Of a stretch of DNA of 64,000 nucleotides, positions 47,134 to 56,359 are shown one piece after another (the first letter of the stretch is position 1; every line of letters starts with the position of its first letter). The notes beneath the pieces are model-generated. The model saw nothing but the letters and a program-made list of their open reading frames with translations. It was not told the origin of the DNA and made no database searches. Made by a program: the position numbers and the translations under genes. Location: the IMG/VR virus record IMGVR_UViG_3300042901_002277. One strand, written 5' to 3'. The DNA comes from a virus.

Positions 47134-47731
47134 AGTTCTCCCCCTTAAAGATTGAATGTTACAAGTTGTATAGGTGAATCTATAGGCTACGGAGAAACAT
47201 TTTTTCGTGGAAGAATGTTGCGACTCATACTGACTGTGAGTTGTTGATTTGTTCCACGAAACAAACTGAATTGGAACAGAAAAGCTAAGTGTCCCACTTT
47301 GGAAGGGGTACGGGGAAACCTTTTGTTTCCGCAGACCCACCAAATACGCCACAATGTAAGCCCTCTGAAAATTTCAGAAAGTTAATCTAGGTGATTCAGT
47401 TGTAGGCCTACGTATTTCACTGGGAGCTACCCAGCGGCATTTAAGTTAGCAGAGTCTTCCACCACCGTCAACCTCAAAACGAAGATTTTTCAGATTTTTT
47501 TTTCGGCCATCTGGTTTGATTTATCCAGAGCCATCTCGTGACCTGCGCACGGTTCCGCTGCGGGGCTTTAACCTATGATATATTTTACCCTCGATGCCGG
47601 AGGGTCCCCCCTTTCTCCTTCTGGTGTCACTCGACCCCGGGGTTGAGATAAAGCGGGTTAGTAGGTGGCGCGCTTGGTCTCCTCCGGGGTCACTTTTTCC
47701 CGGCCTTTCCACCACCGTCATGTAAAAGAAG

Positions 47732-48259
47732 TTATTTTTTCTTTTTCTTCTTCGGTGTCTGGGGTTTTTCTTCGTTGAAGTCGTCGTCTTCAAACTCATA
47801 TTCCTCTGATGAAATCATCCGTATGTGCTCCATGGCTAACCGGCTGCTCTGCGTGTCAGCTACCTGTTTCCAAAGTTTTCTGGATGGCTTCTTGCTTGAT
47901 ATTTGCACTAGCGCGTACATGCTGGTTTCGAATTCCAGGAGGTCAGCATCTGATTGACTTACGTCCCAGGACGAATACTCATTGAAAACACCTGAAACCA
48001 ATAGCGCGTCTAAAGGAATAGCTGCTGCAGTCATGTTCTGGAACAGCACATAAGGCTGAACTGATTTTGCATCTTCGTCATGCGCGCCGACGATACCCCA
48101 GCCAATAATTTGAAATTTGCGTCTGCAGCTCCTGGGAAAAGTGATTTTTAATTTGCCTTTTCTATCGTCCAGTGCTCCGCCCACGTAGAGAAGATAGGCA
48201 AAAAGCGGAGTTAATTGTGGGGTGAGCTGGAGCTCAGAAGATTCGAAATGGGAAGCCAT
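47732..48259 (-). CDS. Hypothetical protein
   Basis: SD AAGGA before MASHF; acidic then poly-Lys tail. Confidence 0.6.
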   Translation of the reverse strand: MASHFESSELQLTPQLTPLFAYLLYVGGALDDRKGKLKITFPRSCRRKFQIIGWGIVGAHDEDAKSVQPYVLFQNMTAAAIPLDALLVSGVFNEYSSWDVSQSDADLLEFETSMYALVQISSKKPSRKLWKQVADTQSSRLAMEHIRMISSEEYEFEDDDFNEEKPQTPKKKKKK

Positions 48260-48354
48260 AGTAAATTTTCCTTTTTTAGTGTTTTCCCCTCGAGACCAGA
48301 ACGTTCCGTGAATCTGAGCTCGAGGGAAATCTGTGAATTTTTTAACTTTTTTGA

Positions 48355-48975
48355 CTATTCTGCGGCCGGCGCCAGGGGAAGTAAAAACCAATTTCTTTCC
48401 CACATGATGCCGATTGACGCGTAACCGATGACGTCGATGAAGTTATCCACCACCGATTCGTTTTCTGGAGCCCTGCCATCCTGCAGCAGGTTCTCGAGGC
48501 GCGCGACCTTGTCATGCATTCTCACGAGTAGACCGGCGCGACCGAATCGAGCAATGTTATGGTGCCCATAGTCGCGCTGCTTCTTAACAAGAATCTTTGA
48601 TATATCATCAACGTGATATGCAAGCTGCTCATCTATTTCGATAAAGACATTTTTTTTCTCAGCAACAACAGCTGAAGTTCTTCCCAAGATGGCCCAGTAC
48701 TCTGCCGCCACTTTTCCTGGAATTTCTTTCTTCGACTCTGGTCCCATCTCGTCGATTAAATAATCGAGATATTCTCTGACGTCTGACATCCGGTCCCACG
48801 TGTTGAAAGAATGATTAAAAATCTGAAAAACTGCACGGCGTGCTGCGTCGTCCCAGGTAGTGGGAGCTTTGCGCCCGTAGACCCAGTCGACCATTTTGAC
48901 GAGGTCAAGCTGACCATCGGTCATGGTTTCCACCACCGTCGAATTAATAGGGACGTCAAACTTTGTTTGTTGCAT
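48355..48975 (-). CDS. Nmad1/DUF1599-like protein
   Basis: KKQRDYG..N...GLLVRMHDKVARLENL...ESVVDNFIDVIGYA. Confidence 0.75.
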   Translation of the reverse strand: MQQTKFDVPINSTVVETMTDGQLDLVKMVDWVYGRKAPTTWDDAARRAVFQIFNHSFNTWDRMSDVREYLDYLIDEMGPESKKEIPGKVAAEYWAILGRTSAVVAEKKNVFIEIDEQLAYHVDDISKILVKKQRDYGHHNIARFGRAGLLVRMHDKVARLENLLQDGRAPENESVVDNFIDVIGYASIGIMWERNWFLLPLAPAAE

Positions 48976-49403
48976 TACAGGTCCTTCCATGTGGGTGGGT
49001 TCGACTCACACTCTAGCGTAATTTTGTCATTTAGCAACTCCAGGAATTCAACCCATGCTTCATCTTGGAGCCCCGGTGTTAGTTGTTCGATGTAATCGAT
49101 TTGGTCTTGAATGTATTCCTTGGAGAAAGCGGCCAGGATTACATTTGGATTCGAGCACGGAAATAGTACCGGTCCATTCACATTGCCGATTGACGACTCT
49201 GGCACGTGGATTGCTTTTATTGCGTAGGCACCATCAGTAGACACAAATATAACGTTGTGTTCTTTCTGTTCAGTTTCTTCGAGTTCCTCGAGCATTGCTG
49301 CGGCGACGTCATCATTTATTCCTGAGGCTGCCAAGGCTGCAGTTAACTCTTCTTTTCGCTCGAATGGGACTGAAGCTTCAAAGTCATCAAATGGATTTTT
49401 CAA
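48975..49403 (-). CDS. Acidic hypothetical protein
   Basis: TTG start with GGAGGT SD; TAATG coupling. Confidence 0.65.
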   Translation of the reverse strand: MKNPFDDFEASVPFERKEELTAALAASGINDDVAAAMLEELEETEQKEHNVIFVSTDGAYAIKAIHVPESSIGNVNGPVLFPCSNPNVILAAFSKEYIQDQIDYIEQLTPGLQDEAWVEFLELLNDKITLECESNPPTWKDL

Positions 49404-49527
49404 TTACACCTCCATGGGCTGAGCTCATTGTACTCGCGCGCATCCCAGATGTTAAGTTTTGTTGTAATAAATAATTAAATGTCAACTGTTTCCGTGAGGC
49501 AGCGGATGCCGTACTAATCTCTGCTTT

Positions 49528-49899
49528 ATGGATAACACGACAAGATTCAATACCTATGTTAAAGCCCTTTCTCAGTTCGCCGCGCGCGAAGGACATTGCA
49601 ATGTTCCAGCCATCCATACTGAAATTGTTGAAAATAATGATGTCACACTGGGAGCTTGGGTTGGCTATGTTCGCCAGAGACGAAGAAAAAATCAACTTTC
49701 TGAAGAGCGCGCGACTGCCATCCAGGCTGTTTCCGGCTGGCAATGGGGTCCACTGAAGCCTGGTCCTGCTACAGATGCTGATAGAAATTATGAAATTTTG
49801 CAGATGCGCGCAGCCGGTTCTTCGCTCCGCCAAATTGCAGATAAATTTGATTTGAGTCGGCAGCGCGTCCATCAAATTGTTAAAAATATTCAGGTGTAA
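49528..49899 (+). CDS. Helicase-associated (HA) domain + sigma-4-like HTH fusion
   Basis: F..REGHCNVP...LGAWV..VRQ...L..ER...GWQW; SLRQIADKFDLSRQRVHQI. Confidence 0.75.
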   Translation: MDNTTRFNTYVKALSQFAAREGHCNVPAIHTEIVENNDVTLGAWVGYVRQRRRKNQLSEERATAIQAVSGWQWGPLKPGPATDADRNYEILQMRAAGSSLRQIADKFDLSRQRVHQIVKNIQV

Positions 49900-50089
49900 A
49901 CCAGACACCGGGTCGATAGAAAAATTGTCAAAAAAACGATTTTTTTCACCATCGGCGGCCGGCCCAGTCTTCTGAGAAAAGTTATTTTTTTGCGCATCTG
50001 AGCTGCACGTGAAGTGTTCAAAAAAACTGGAAATCTGATATCGCCCAGAACGTGCACACGAGTCAGCCGTCTGGGTATGATTAGAAATC

Positions 50090-50392
50090 ATGAAAAAGAA
50101 ATCCTTTCCACCACCGTCATATAACGAACGACACGGGTACGACCTGTACGACGACACGGAAGACGATGACGACGAATCAAAAAAGAACATTGCTGGCGCG
50201 CTCGCCGTTGGGCTCATTGGGCACGCAGCGACAATACTTTTGTACTCTGTCATCATCAATGGATTGCTTTCAATTGGTCGGGAGTCCCGGGTTTTTGATT
50301 GGCAAATTTCGTTTCGCAATTTAGTGACTGCAGTATTTCTAGTGCAGGCGCTGCGAATTTGGGACAGGGCTATTCGCTCTCGTCAACAATAG
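50090..50392 (+). CDS. Membrane protein
   Basis: Hydrophobic segments; TATGAT 8 nt upstream. Confidence 0.55.
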   Translation: MKKKSFPPPSYNERHGYDLYDDTEDDDDESKKNIAGALAVGLIGHAATILLYSVIINGLLSIGRESRVFDWQISFRNLVTAVFLVQALRIWDRAIRSRQQ

Positions 50393-50687
50393 TTAAACGA
50401 GGCTGTCTGAACCCACTGGTTGGGTGATTGGCTCTGGACATCTCTATGGAGTGAACCATCTCTGTGAGGCTCACCCAAATGCCGTCCAGCGGTAAAGAGA
50501 ATTTAATTCTTTCTTCCTCTGTAAAGCGCGTTGCGTGGCTGAGTCTCGTCCAACCAAGTTCGTTATTCCAGTACATGTCAGGAGCGTCATCATCGTGCTC
50601 GCTGACACTAAGAATTACGAATTCAAGAGGCTTGTCAATCGCCTTGTTCTGAATGAGGGTAAATTTATTCTGCACTGAAAACTCCAT
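50370..50687 (-). CDS. Hypothetical protein
   Basis: MYWNNELGW...ATRFTEEE; SRANHPT. Confidence 0.6.
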   Translation of the reverse strand: MEFSVQNKFTLIQNKAIDKPLEFVILSVSEHDDDAPDMYWNNELGWTRLSHATRFTEEERIKFSLPLDGIWVSLTEMVHSIEMSRANHPTSGFRQPRLTIVDESE

Positions 50688-50853
50688 CGCAGTAGTCCTG
50701 TACTAGTTCTGCAAGTAGACCATCAACAAAGTTTTCTACTCTTCCTTCAATCTCACTACCGATGTTCTTCCATTCTTCATCGGTGAGTGGGCCCTCAATC
50801 CAGTGTTCAACATCTTCTCTAGTAACTGGTTCAAACTTTACTTCTTTTTCCAT
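50665..50853 (-). CDS. Small acidic hypothetical protein
   Basis: Leader ACTACTAACAAGGAG. Confidence 0.65.
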   Translation of the reverse strand: MEKEVKFEPVTREDVEHWIEGPLTDEEWKNIGSEIEGRVENFVDGLLAELVQDYCDGVFSAE

Positions 50854-51009
50854 GACTGCTCCTTGTTAGTAGTTGTTAGTAATTCTATATCGAATTTAGT
50901 GAATCCCCCCAGCGTTGAAAGGAGGGTAAGGACGCTGAAGGGATTACACCTGCGCCGATTAAAGCGCATGTCGTGAGGCAAGCCGACACCTGCCCCACGA
51001 CACTCCTCG

Positions 51010-52548
51010 TTAGATAAGTTCAGTTCCGTTCAGTTCCTTGTATGTTCGTTTAAACATTTCAGGATAGATACTTACTGCCTTATCGCCAGCCTTTAGTTTT
51101 TTCAGTTGGTCAATCGCTTCGTCAACATGAGGCACAACAACGATGTTGTTTTTCTTACAGAAGTTAATGCACTGCATGGCAAGAACTGCTTCATAATTGC
51201 CACCCGCACCGCACACTCCACCGTCAGTAACCCAAAGAATTGGTGACTTAGAAGTTTGCTTCTGCTTCACGCCCCACTCAATTGCAGGGAAGTCAACTCC
51301 GTTGCCATATCCAACACTAGGAAGTTGATTAACCATTTTGCCTTTATGAGAAACAACCCAAAGGTTTGTTGCGTTTGCGTCACCCTTGTCGGTGTACACA
51401 GCCACAGTTGCACCCGGAGCGTTCTCAATGATTTTCGTAAGTTGTTCTCTACTGAATGACATTGAACCACTTCCGTCAATGATTACAACTCCACCAGTGC
51501 CACGAATTACCTTGTCAAAGATTCTCATCTGTGGGTCGGTAATCATTCGGTGCATTCGGCGTGGACGCATTCCCATATTGGAAGCAACACGCTTCTTTCC
51601 CAAGTTGCCTCTTGACAACACTGGCATTGGCATAAACTCAATGTTTAGTTTTTGCCATGACGCAACTCGGTATGTCGCATTGGAACTGGTGATTCCCTTG
51701 TAAGGGTTTCCGTCCTCTTTGCCTTGGTCAGTTGGTTTGATTCCCTTGTTGGAGTGCTTACCAGTACCCTCGTTGGCTTCACCGTCCTCGCCCTCTGCGC
51801 CCTCTGATTCCTCACCGTCTTGACCAAGAGCCTTGCGGAGTTTTGCTTCCTCACGCTCTCTACGAGCCTTTTCTTTTTCCTCTGCTATCTGCTCGGGTGA
51901 CTTTGCGCAAAGACGGTCAACCCATTCAGCCAGTCGTTCTGTGTGAACGAATCCCAAAGGGAATAGACCGCTAGTTGGGTCAACTTTTGTTGAGGCAAGG
52001 TTGGAGTACTTGTCAGCCTTTTTCATTTCCTTGACTGCTCGCTTGGAGATATCAAGAAGTATCGCACCCCACTCTCGTTTGTGTCTGCGGATTCCGTTTA
52101 GCAATAGTTTGTTGGACGCAGTGCCAGCAGTAGCAACTGCCATTTGCACAGCACCAGCCCAATCCTCTGTCGCACCAAGTCGTTCACCGTCAGCCGTTTC
52201 ACCACCGTCTGCAAGGTCGTTCTTAACATCAAACCCTGCCTTTTGGCAAAGATAGTTAACACGCAATTCCTCAACAACAACCATTGATTCTTGTGTTGCA
52301 ATTTTGCGTTCAATCCATTTCGACCAATCATCAGCAGGCGATACTTTTGCGTGAACCATTTCATGCGCACGAATCGCCCGAGCGAGTGAATCATCGTCAG
52401 TAGGAACTTTCATTTCCCTTGTAACGATGTTGGTGCAAGGTTCGCCACGAATTGCACGAACCTCGCCCACCGTCCACACGCCACCGTCCACATCGTTGCG
52501 TGAAAGGAACTCGGGTTCAGCCGAGATACGCTTTTTTACAGTTTTCAT
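51010..52548 (-). CDS. HExxH + VWA (MIDAS) protein, partner of MoxR ATPase
   Basis: RAHEMVH; acidic linker; IIDGSGSMS; VTDG. Confidence 0.8.
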   Translation of the reverse strand: MKTVKKRISAEPEFLSRNDVDGGVWTVGEVRAIRGEPCTNIVTREMKVPTDDDSLARAIRAHEMVHAKVSPADDWSKWIERKIATQESMVVVEELRVNYLCQKAGFDVKNDLADGGETADGERLGATEDWAGAVQMAVATAGTASNKLLLNGIRRHKREWGAILLDISKRAVKEMKKADKYSNLASTKVDPTSGLFPLGFVHTERLAEWVDRLCAKSPEQIAEEKEKARREREEAKLRKALGQDGEESEGAEGEDGEANEGTGKHSNKGIKPTDQGKEDGNPYKGITSSNATYRVASWQKLNIEFMPMPVLSRGNLGKKRVASNMGMRPRRMHRMITDPQMRIFDKVIRGTGGVVIIDGSGSMSFSREQLTKIIENAPGATVAVYTDKGDANATNLWVVSHKGKMVNQLPSVGYGNGVDFPAIEWGVKQKQTSKSPILWVTDGGVCGAGGNYEAVLAMQCINFCKKNNIVVVPHVDEAIDQLKKLKAGDKAVSIYPEMFKRTYKELNGTELI

Positions 52549-53270
52549 TTTGACAACTTCTCAATCGCAATAGCGTCAAGAATTGACTGCGCCCTGTCAC
52601 CGAATGTCAACTGGCTTGCTCGCTCGTCACCAAGACCCTTGCGGAGTTGGTCGTAAGCGATGAATGCTCGCAGTGAGATACGGCGTTCGCCAGCGTCAGC
52701 CATACGAACTGCGAACTGGCGCAATTCAGGTGAGAGACGAAGCAGAGCGCTCGGGTGTGGTTCGTTGATACGAATCTTGATTGGGAATCGGTCAGTGAGA
52801 GCCGTTGGCAATTCGCCCATGTTCTCAACATTGGTGGTCATGATTGCAGAGAAGCCTGCATTGGGACGGTGAACCCGACCAGTGTCAGGGTGTTCAAAGG
52901 AAGCCGATTCAGGTGAATCCAACATCGCCAAGAGCGTTGCATAAACATCGCCCGAAGCCTTGTCAATTTCGTCCACGATTAAGCGACCGCCCTTAATGCC
53001 GTTGCCTGCCCAAGCCTTTAAAGCCGAACCGTCAAGCCACTTAGTGCCACCCTTACCGTCAGGTAGGAATGTTCCAGTAACATCCATGTTGGTCATGTCC
53101 TCTGTGCAGACCAATCGGAATGCTCCTGCTTCAACATCGCCGATGTTCATTCCAGCGTATGTCTTGCCGATACCCGAAGGTCCAAAAAGGATTACTCGGT
53201 CAACACCGTTGTTGAGAGCGTCCTCTAGGTCTTGCCAGCACTGTGGCAGTTTGGTTTGTGTAGTAGTCAT
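52545..53270 (-). CDS. MoxR/CobS-like AAA+ ATPase
   Basis: GPSGIGKT, LIVDEID, MTTN, ALTDRF. Confidence 0.88.
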   Translation of the reverse strand: MTTTQTKLPQCWQDLEDALNNGVDRVILFGPSGIGKTYAGMNIGDVEAGAFRLVCTEDMTNMDVTGTFLPDGKGGTKWLDGSALKAWAGNGIKGGRLIVDEIDKASGDVYATLLAMLDSPESASFEHPDTGRVHRPNAGFSAIMTTNVENMGELPTALTDRFPIKIRINEPHPSALLRLSPELRQFAVRMADAGERRISLRAFIAYDQLRKGLGDERASQLTFGDRAQSILDAIAIEKLSK

Positions 53271-53306
53271 TTTTCCCTCCTTAAGGGTGTTTGTTTAGTT
53301 GTGTCT

Positions 53307-53336
53307 ATCGTACATCACGGAATACCAAATTTCCAA
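53307..53336 (-). promoter_or_regulatory. Repeated promoter 1 (-10 TACGAT)
   Basis: TTGGAA ATTTGGTATTCCGTGATG TACGAT. Confidence 0.8.
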
Positions 53337-53364
53337 AATCACTTGACACCGTGAGGCAGTAGTT

Positions 53365-53394
53365 ACTCTACATCATGCGATACCAAATTTCCAA
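53365..53394 (-). promoter_or_regulatory. Repeated promoter 2 (-10 TAGAGT), tandem with 1
   Basis: TTGGAA ATTTGGTATCGCATGATG TAGAGT. Confidence 0.8.
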
Positions 53395-53541
53395 AATCGC
53401 TAGACACTCACATTACCTATAGAGCAATTTTTTGATTTTCTTGCAGGGGTGTAACAGAGTTTCCCCGGGGCTATGGCTCTCGATTGTTAGGCTGACCTAA
53501 CACCTGTTGCCGGGGCTTAAGAAAAATGAATGAACCGGGAG

Positions 53542-53724
53542 CTAGTTGCAACCACAGCAGGCTGAGCAAAAGACAACTTCGCCATGCTCGGTGCAGTCAG
53601 CGCGGCGCGACTCACAAATAATGCAATTTTCTGCAGACATGGCAGCCTGCGCACGACGCTCCGCCTTTTTCTCTCCACGGTTCTTGCCTATCTTGTAGAC
53701 AACATAGCCACCGAGCAAACCCAT
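53542..53724 (-). CDS. Small Cys-rich protein
   Basis: CIIC...FCSACCGC; coupled. Confidence 0.55.
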   Translation of the reverse strand: MGLLGGYVVYKIGKNRGEKKAERRAQAAMSAENCIICESRRADCTEHGEVVFCSACCGCN

Positions 53725-53858
53725 TAAAGGTCGCGCCTACTTTTGTATTTTCTTTCAGCACTGATGTCGTCCCACAATAGAAGGACTGCGCCAGCGACTG
53801 CGATGATACAGACACTCATGATGATGATGTAACCAGCCACCAGTATCCCCTGAAGCAT
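53724..53858 (-). CDS. 44-aa membrane protein (missed by ORF track)
   Basis: MLQGILVAGYIIIMSVCIIAVAGAVLLLW...; TAATG overlaps on both sides. Confidence 0.6.
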   Translation of the reverse strand: MLQGILVAGYIIIMSVCIIAVAGAVLLLWDDISAERKYKSRRDL

Positions 53859-54022
53859 TAGATACCCGACTTCCTATTAGCCTCGTCTTTTGGCTGTTTG
53901 CTTCTTTCTGCCCAACAATTCGGACAGAAGTATGCGTTATCTATTACATCAGTAAAGCCATCTGTCGTAGTGTCATCATTGCAATCAAAACACTCAATTC
54001 CTATTTGGTTGCTGACGGTCAT
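53858..54022 (-). CDS. 54-aa Zn-ribbon protein (missed by ORF track)
   Basis: MTVSNQIGIECFDC...FCPNC; ATGA and TAATG overlaps. Confidence 0.6.
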   Translation of the reverse strand: MTVSNQIGIECFDCNDDTTTDGFTDVIDNAYFCPNCWAERSKQPKDEANRKSGI

Positions 54023-54522
54023 TTCATTTCCCTATCAGCCTTGGCGTCTCGGACTTCCCATAGACCCTTCTTTATCTTTCTGAAGGTAGGAGACTCCTGA
54101 ACATACTTCAGGGTGGTCGGGTAGGAGAATCCACACTGCTCCATGAGTTGTTCCGTGGTGTACTGCTCAAAGTGGTGCTGGTTAGCCCATTTCAGGAAGG
54201 CGTCCCACTTGTCAGCACGCTTCTCTGTCTTGATTTCATCTACGACAGACTCCTCATCTACCTGAATACCGCAGTATTCGCTTGATACATCCGCGATTAC
54301 AGCGTCAGGGAGCGAGTAGGAGAGCATGGTACGGATAGGACTGCCCTTTGCTCCGTCACGATTCCACACTTGGAGAACATGTAACGCCCTTGTGTAGTCA
54401 CTGATACCTTGGGAGACTTCCCGTGGCACGGCGAACTTGTCCCCGAACTCGTCAATGGCTTCAGCCCAACGAGAGTTGTGGATATCGGTAATGAATGATT
54501 CGGTTATTGACTTTTTCAACAT
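54019..54522 (-). CDS. Hypothetical protein with C-terminal wHTH-like segment
   Basis: Own promoter, SD GAAAGGA; TTEQLME.CGFSYPT..K. Confidence 0.65.
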   Translation of the reverse strand: MLKKSITESFITDIHNSRWAEAIDEFGDKFAVPREVSQGISDYTRALHVLQVWNRDGAKGSPIRTMLSYSLPDAVIADVSSEYCGIQVDEESVVDEIKTEKRADKWDAFLKWANQHHFEQYTTEQLMEQCGFSYPTTLKYVQESPTFRKIKKGLWEVRDAKADREMK

Positions 54523-54546
54523 AGTAGATACTTCCTTTCATCACCT

Positions 54547-54576
54547 ATCCTACAACAGGCGATACCAAATTTCCAA
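54547..54576 (-). promoter_or_regulatory. Repeated promoter 3 (-10 TAGGAT)
   Basis: TTGGAA ATTTGGTATCGCCTGTTG TAGGAT. Confidence 0.8.
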
Positions 54577-54741
54577 AATGAGGGTCTTCCCCCACCGTCA
54601 ATAAGGGATGGCCCCCCGGAGGTCGTCCAATTTTTTGATTTTTTTGAATATTTCAGCTGTTTTTTGAATACTCTATTTGAATACAACCAGGCCCTTCGGC
54701 CGAACAGTGCTACTACCCACTATCCGGCCCGAGCCCCGGTT

Positions 54742-55020
54742 TTACCCTTTTGTTTTTTCGAAAGATTTGTTCCAGGTGTGCGTGTAGTAGTAACTTGCGG
54801 TCGTCTTAAGCTTTCCCTCGATGTGAAATTTAACTCGAAGGTATTCAATAGCCGCCGCTACCTCTTCATCGGTGAAGTCATTATCTGTGTCGTTGCCCCA
54901 GTAACCATTTAAAAAATCGCTTTTTGCTGTATCAACAGCATCTTCACCGGTTGTGGACAGCGTGTAGTAATTCTCCTCAAGAATCTCTGCAATCTGCGCA
55001 AGGACATCCATGTCAATCAT
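54742..55020 (-). CDS. Hypothetical protein
   Basis: Coupled ORF. Confidence 0.6.
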   Translation of the reverse strand: MIDMDVLAQIAEILEENYYTLSTTGEDAVDTAKSDFLNGYWGNDTDNDFTDEEVAAAIEYLRVKFHIEGKLKTTASYYYTHTWNKSFEKTKG

Positions 55021-55430
55021 TGCTTCTCACTTTTCAACATCGTGTACAGGTCGTCTATGACGCCACCAATACTTTCCTCAACTTCAGTGTTGATGTTCTC
55101 TTCAATTGTTTCTTCTATCTTTGCTAATCCAGCAACAAAACCATCCCAAAGGTCATCAAGCATTTCGTGTTCTTCAGGGGTGAATTTCGGACCCATAGGG
55201 ATATTCCTTATCTCTACTTCTCCATCGCTCATGAGTTCCATGAGTTCATCTGGAGCAAGAGCCTGACGACGCCTTTCTGAAAAGATTCGTCCGTCTTTAT
55301 CAAAAAGTCCAGTACTCATTCTGCGATTAGCGTCCTTGAATACTGAGATTGCCTCGATGATGAGTGTTATCTCTTCAAGGGTGAATCTTTTTTTACTCAT
55401 TGAAGCGGTTACTCTTTTTTTCCTAGCCAT
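55017..55430 (-). CDS. Hypothetical protein
   Basis: Coupled ORF. Confidence 0.65.
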   Translation of the reverse strand: MARKKRVTASMSKKRFTLEEITLIIEAISVFKDANRRMSTGLFDKDGRIFSERRRQALAPDELMELMSDGEVEIRNIPMGPKFTPEEHEMLDDLWDGFVAGLAKIEETIEENINTEVEESIGGVIDDLYTMLKSEKQ

Positions 55431-55648
55431 TACAAGGTCCTTCCTGAGAACTCAAACCATTCATCATAGGTCATGCCAATAGTTCCGACAAACTCTGCAT
55501 TCTCATAGAAGTCCATGATAAAGCCCTCATGAGTGATTCCAATGTTGATGAACTTGGCGTTGACCTCGTCATAGCCACTCGTAAAAACGGTTACATCCTT
55601 GCGTGAATGCTGATTGACATCAAATGTCATCTTCTCATTGTCGCTCAC
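55430..55648 (-). CDS. Hypothetical protein
   Basis: Coupled ORF. Confidence 0.6.
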   Translation of the reverse strand: MSDNEKMTFDVNQHSRKDVTVFTSGYDEVNAKFINIGITHEGFIMDFYENAEFVGTIGMTYDEWFEFSGRTL

Positions 55649-56052
55649 TTGTCACCTGCCTCGTCCAGTCGTCGCTTGATGTTGACCATCTCAGCCAAGT
55701 ACTCATCAAATGACATTTGGAATGGGAACTCAATACCATCAACAATGTTTGAGAACAGGATGTTTCTGTTTTGCATTTGTTGCCAAAGGTCAAGGAATTT
55801 GTAGCCAGCACTCAGGTACTGGTCAAACGCTGTGAGCCACTCTTCAGCGATACCTACAGATACCCAAGAGTCCTCACCTTCTACCAAGGAGAGCGAACTG
55901 CCGTTATCCCAATCAACACCGATACACATAGCGCCAGCATTATCGTACGGCTCCCGTGTAACGGTCCCTAGGTCACCCTTGCGAATCCGTGTGTACGGGT
56001 CGTTAGTGCGGACCAATTTGATTCTTTCTCCGACAAGTGTCTTATTCATCAT
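55645..56052 (-). CDS. DUF4314-like protein
   Basis: GERIKLV..NDPY..I..GDLGTV...V.WDNGSSLSLV.GED. Confidence 0.75.
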   Translation of the reverse strand: MMNKTLVGERIKLVRTNDPYTRIRKGDLGTVTREPYDNAGAMCIGVDWDNGSSLSLVEGEDSWVSVGIAEEWLTAFDQYLSAGYKFLDLWQQMQNRNILFSNIVDGIEFPFQMSFDEYLAEMVNIKRRLDEAGDK

Positions 56053-56077
56053 TCTCTCCTTAGTAGTAGTTGAGTAC

Positions 56078-56107
56078 ATCCTAGTACGCCCGATACCAAA
56101 TTTCCAA
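56078..56107 (-). promoter_or_regulatory. Repeated promoter 4 (-10 TAGGAT)
   Basis: TTGGAA ATTTGGTATCGGGCGTAC TAGGAT. Confidence 0.8.
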
Positions 56108-56110
56108 AAT

Positions 56111-56329
56111 CTAGATTCCCTCTAGAACATCGGAAGGCTTCACCTTGAGTGCTCCGCAGAGCAGGATGAGTGACTGAAGGCTCGGTGAGAAGTGTCCGTT
56201 TTCAATCCGGTTGATGGTCTTGCGCTCGAGCCCCGCCTTCTTTGCCAACGCATCTTGCGAGAGTTCTCGCTCAATACGCAACTTACGAAGTCGTGCGCTA
56301 ACCCGTTGTTCTTTCTTTTGGGTATTCAT
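56111..56329 (-). CDS. XRE-family HTH regulator
   Basis: LRKLRIERELSQDALAKKAGLERKTINRIENG..SPSL. Confidence 0.9.
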   Translation of the reverse strand: MNTQKKEQRVSARLRKLRIERELSQDALAKKAGLERKTINRIENGHFSPSLQSLILLCGALKVKPSDVLEGI

Positions 56330-56359
56330 GTTTTCTCCTTGTTAGGTGTTTGGTTTATT

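Noticed and set aside
47440-47471. The 14-mer as simply a -35 element (TTGACG)
   Set aside because: The 47457 copy has TAACTT 17 bp downstream, but the other copies I checked (47707, 54587, 60357) lack a -10 at that spacing
47134-47731. Replication origin or tRNA in the long intergenic gap
   Set aside because: No cloverleaf or tandem iteron array recognised; only two 14-mers and GC hairpins. tRNAscan-SE and GC-skew analysis would be needed to support either
49387-50319. 310-aa minus-strand ORF and other antisense ORFs (e.g. 32476..33144, 20033..20653, 7903..8448)
   Set aside because: Shadow frames opposite well-supported genes or low-complexity repeats; no motifs or RBS
51010-53270. cobS/cobT as cobalamin biosynthesis genes
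   Set aside because: No cobN or other cob genes; a generic MoxR-VWA pair is the safer call
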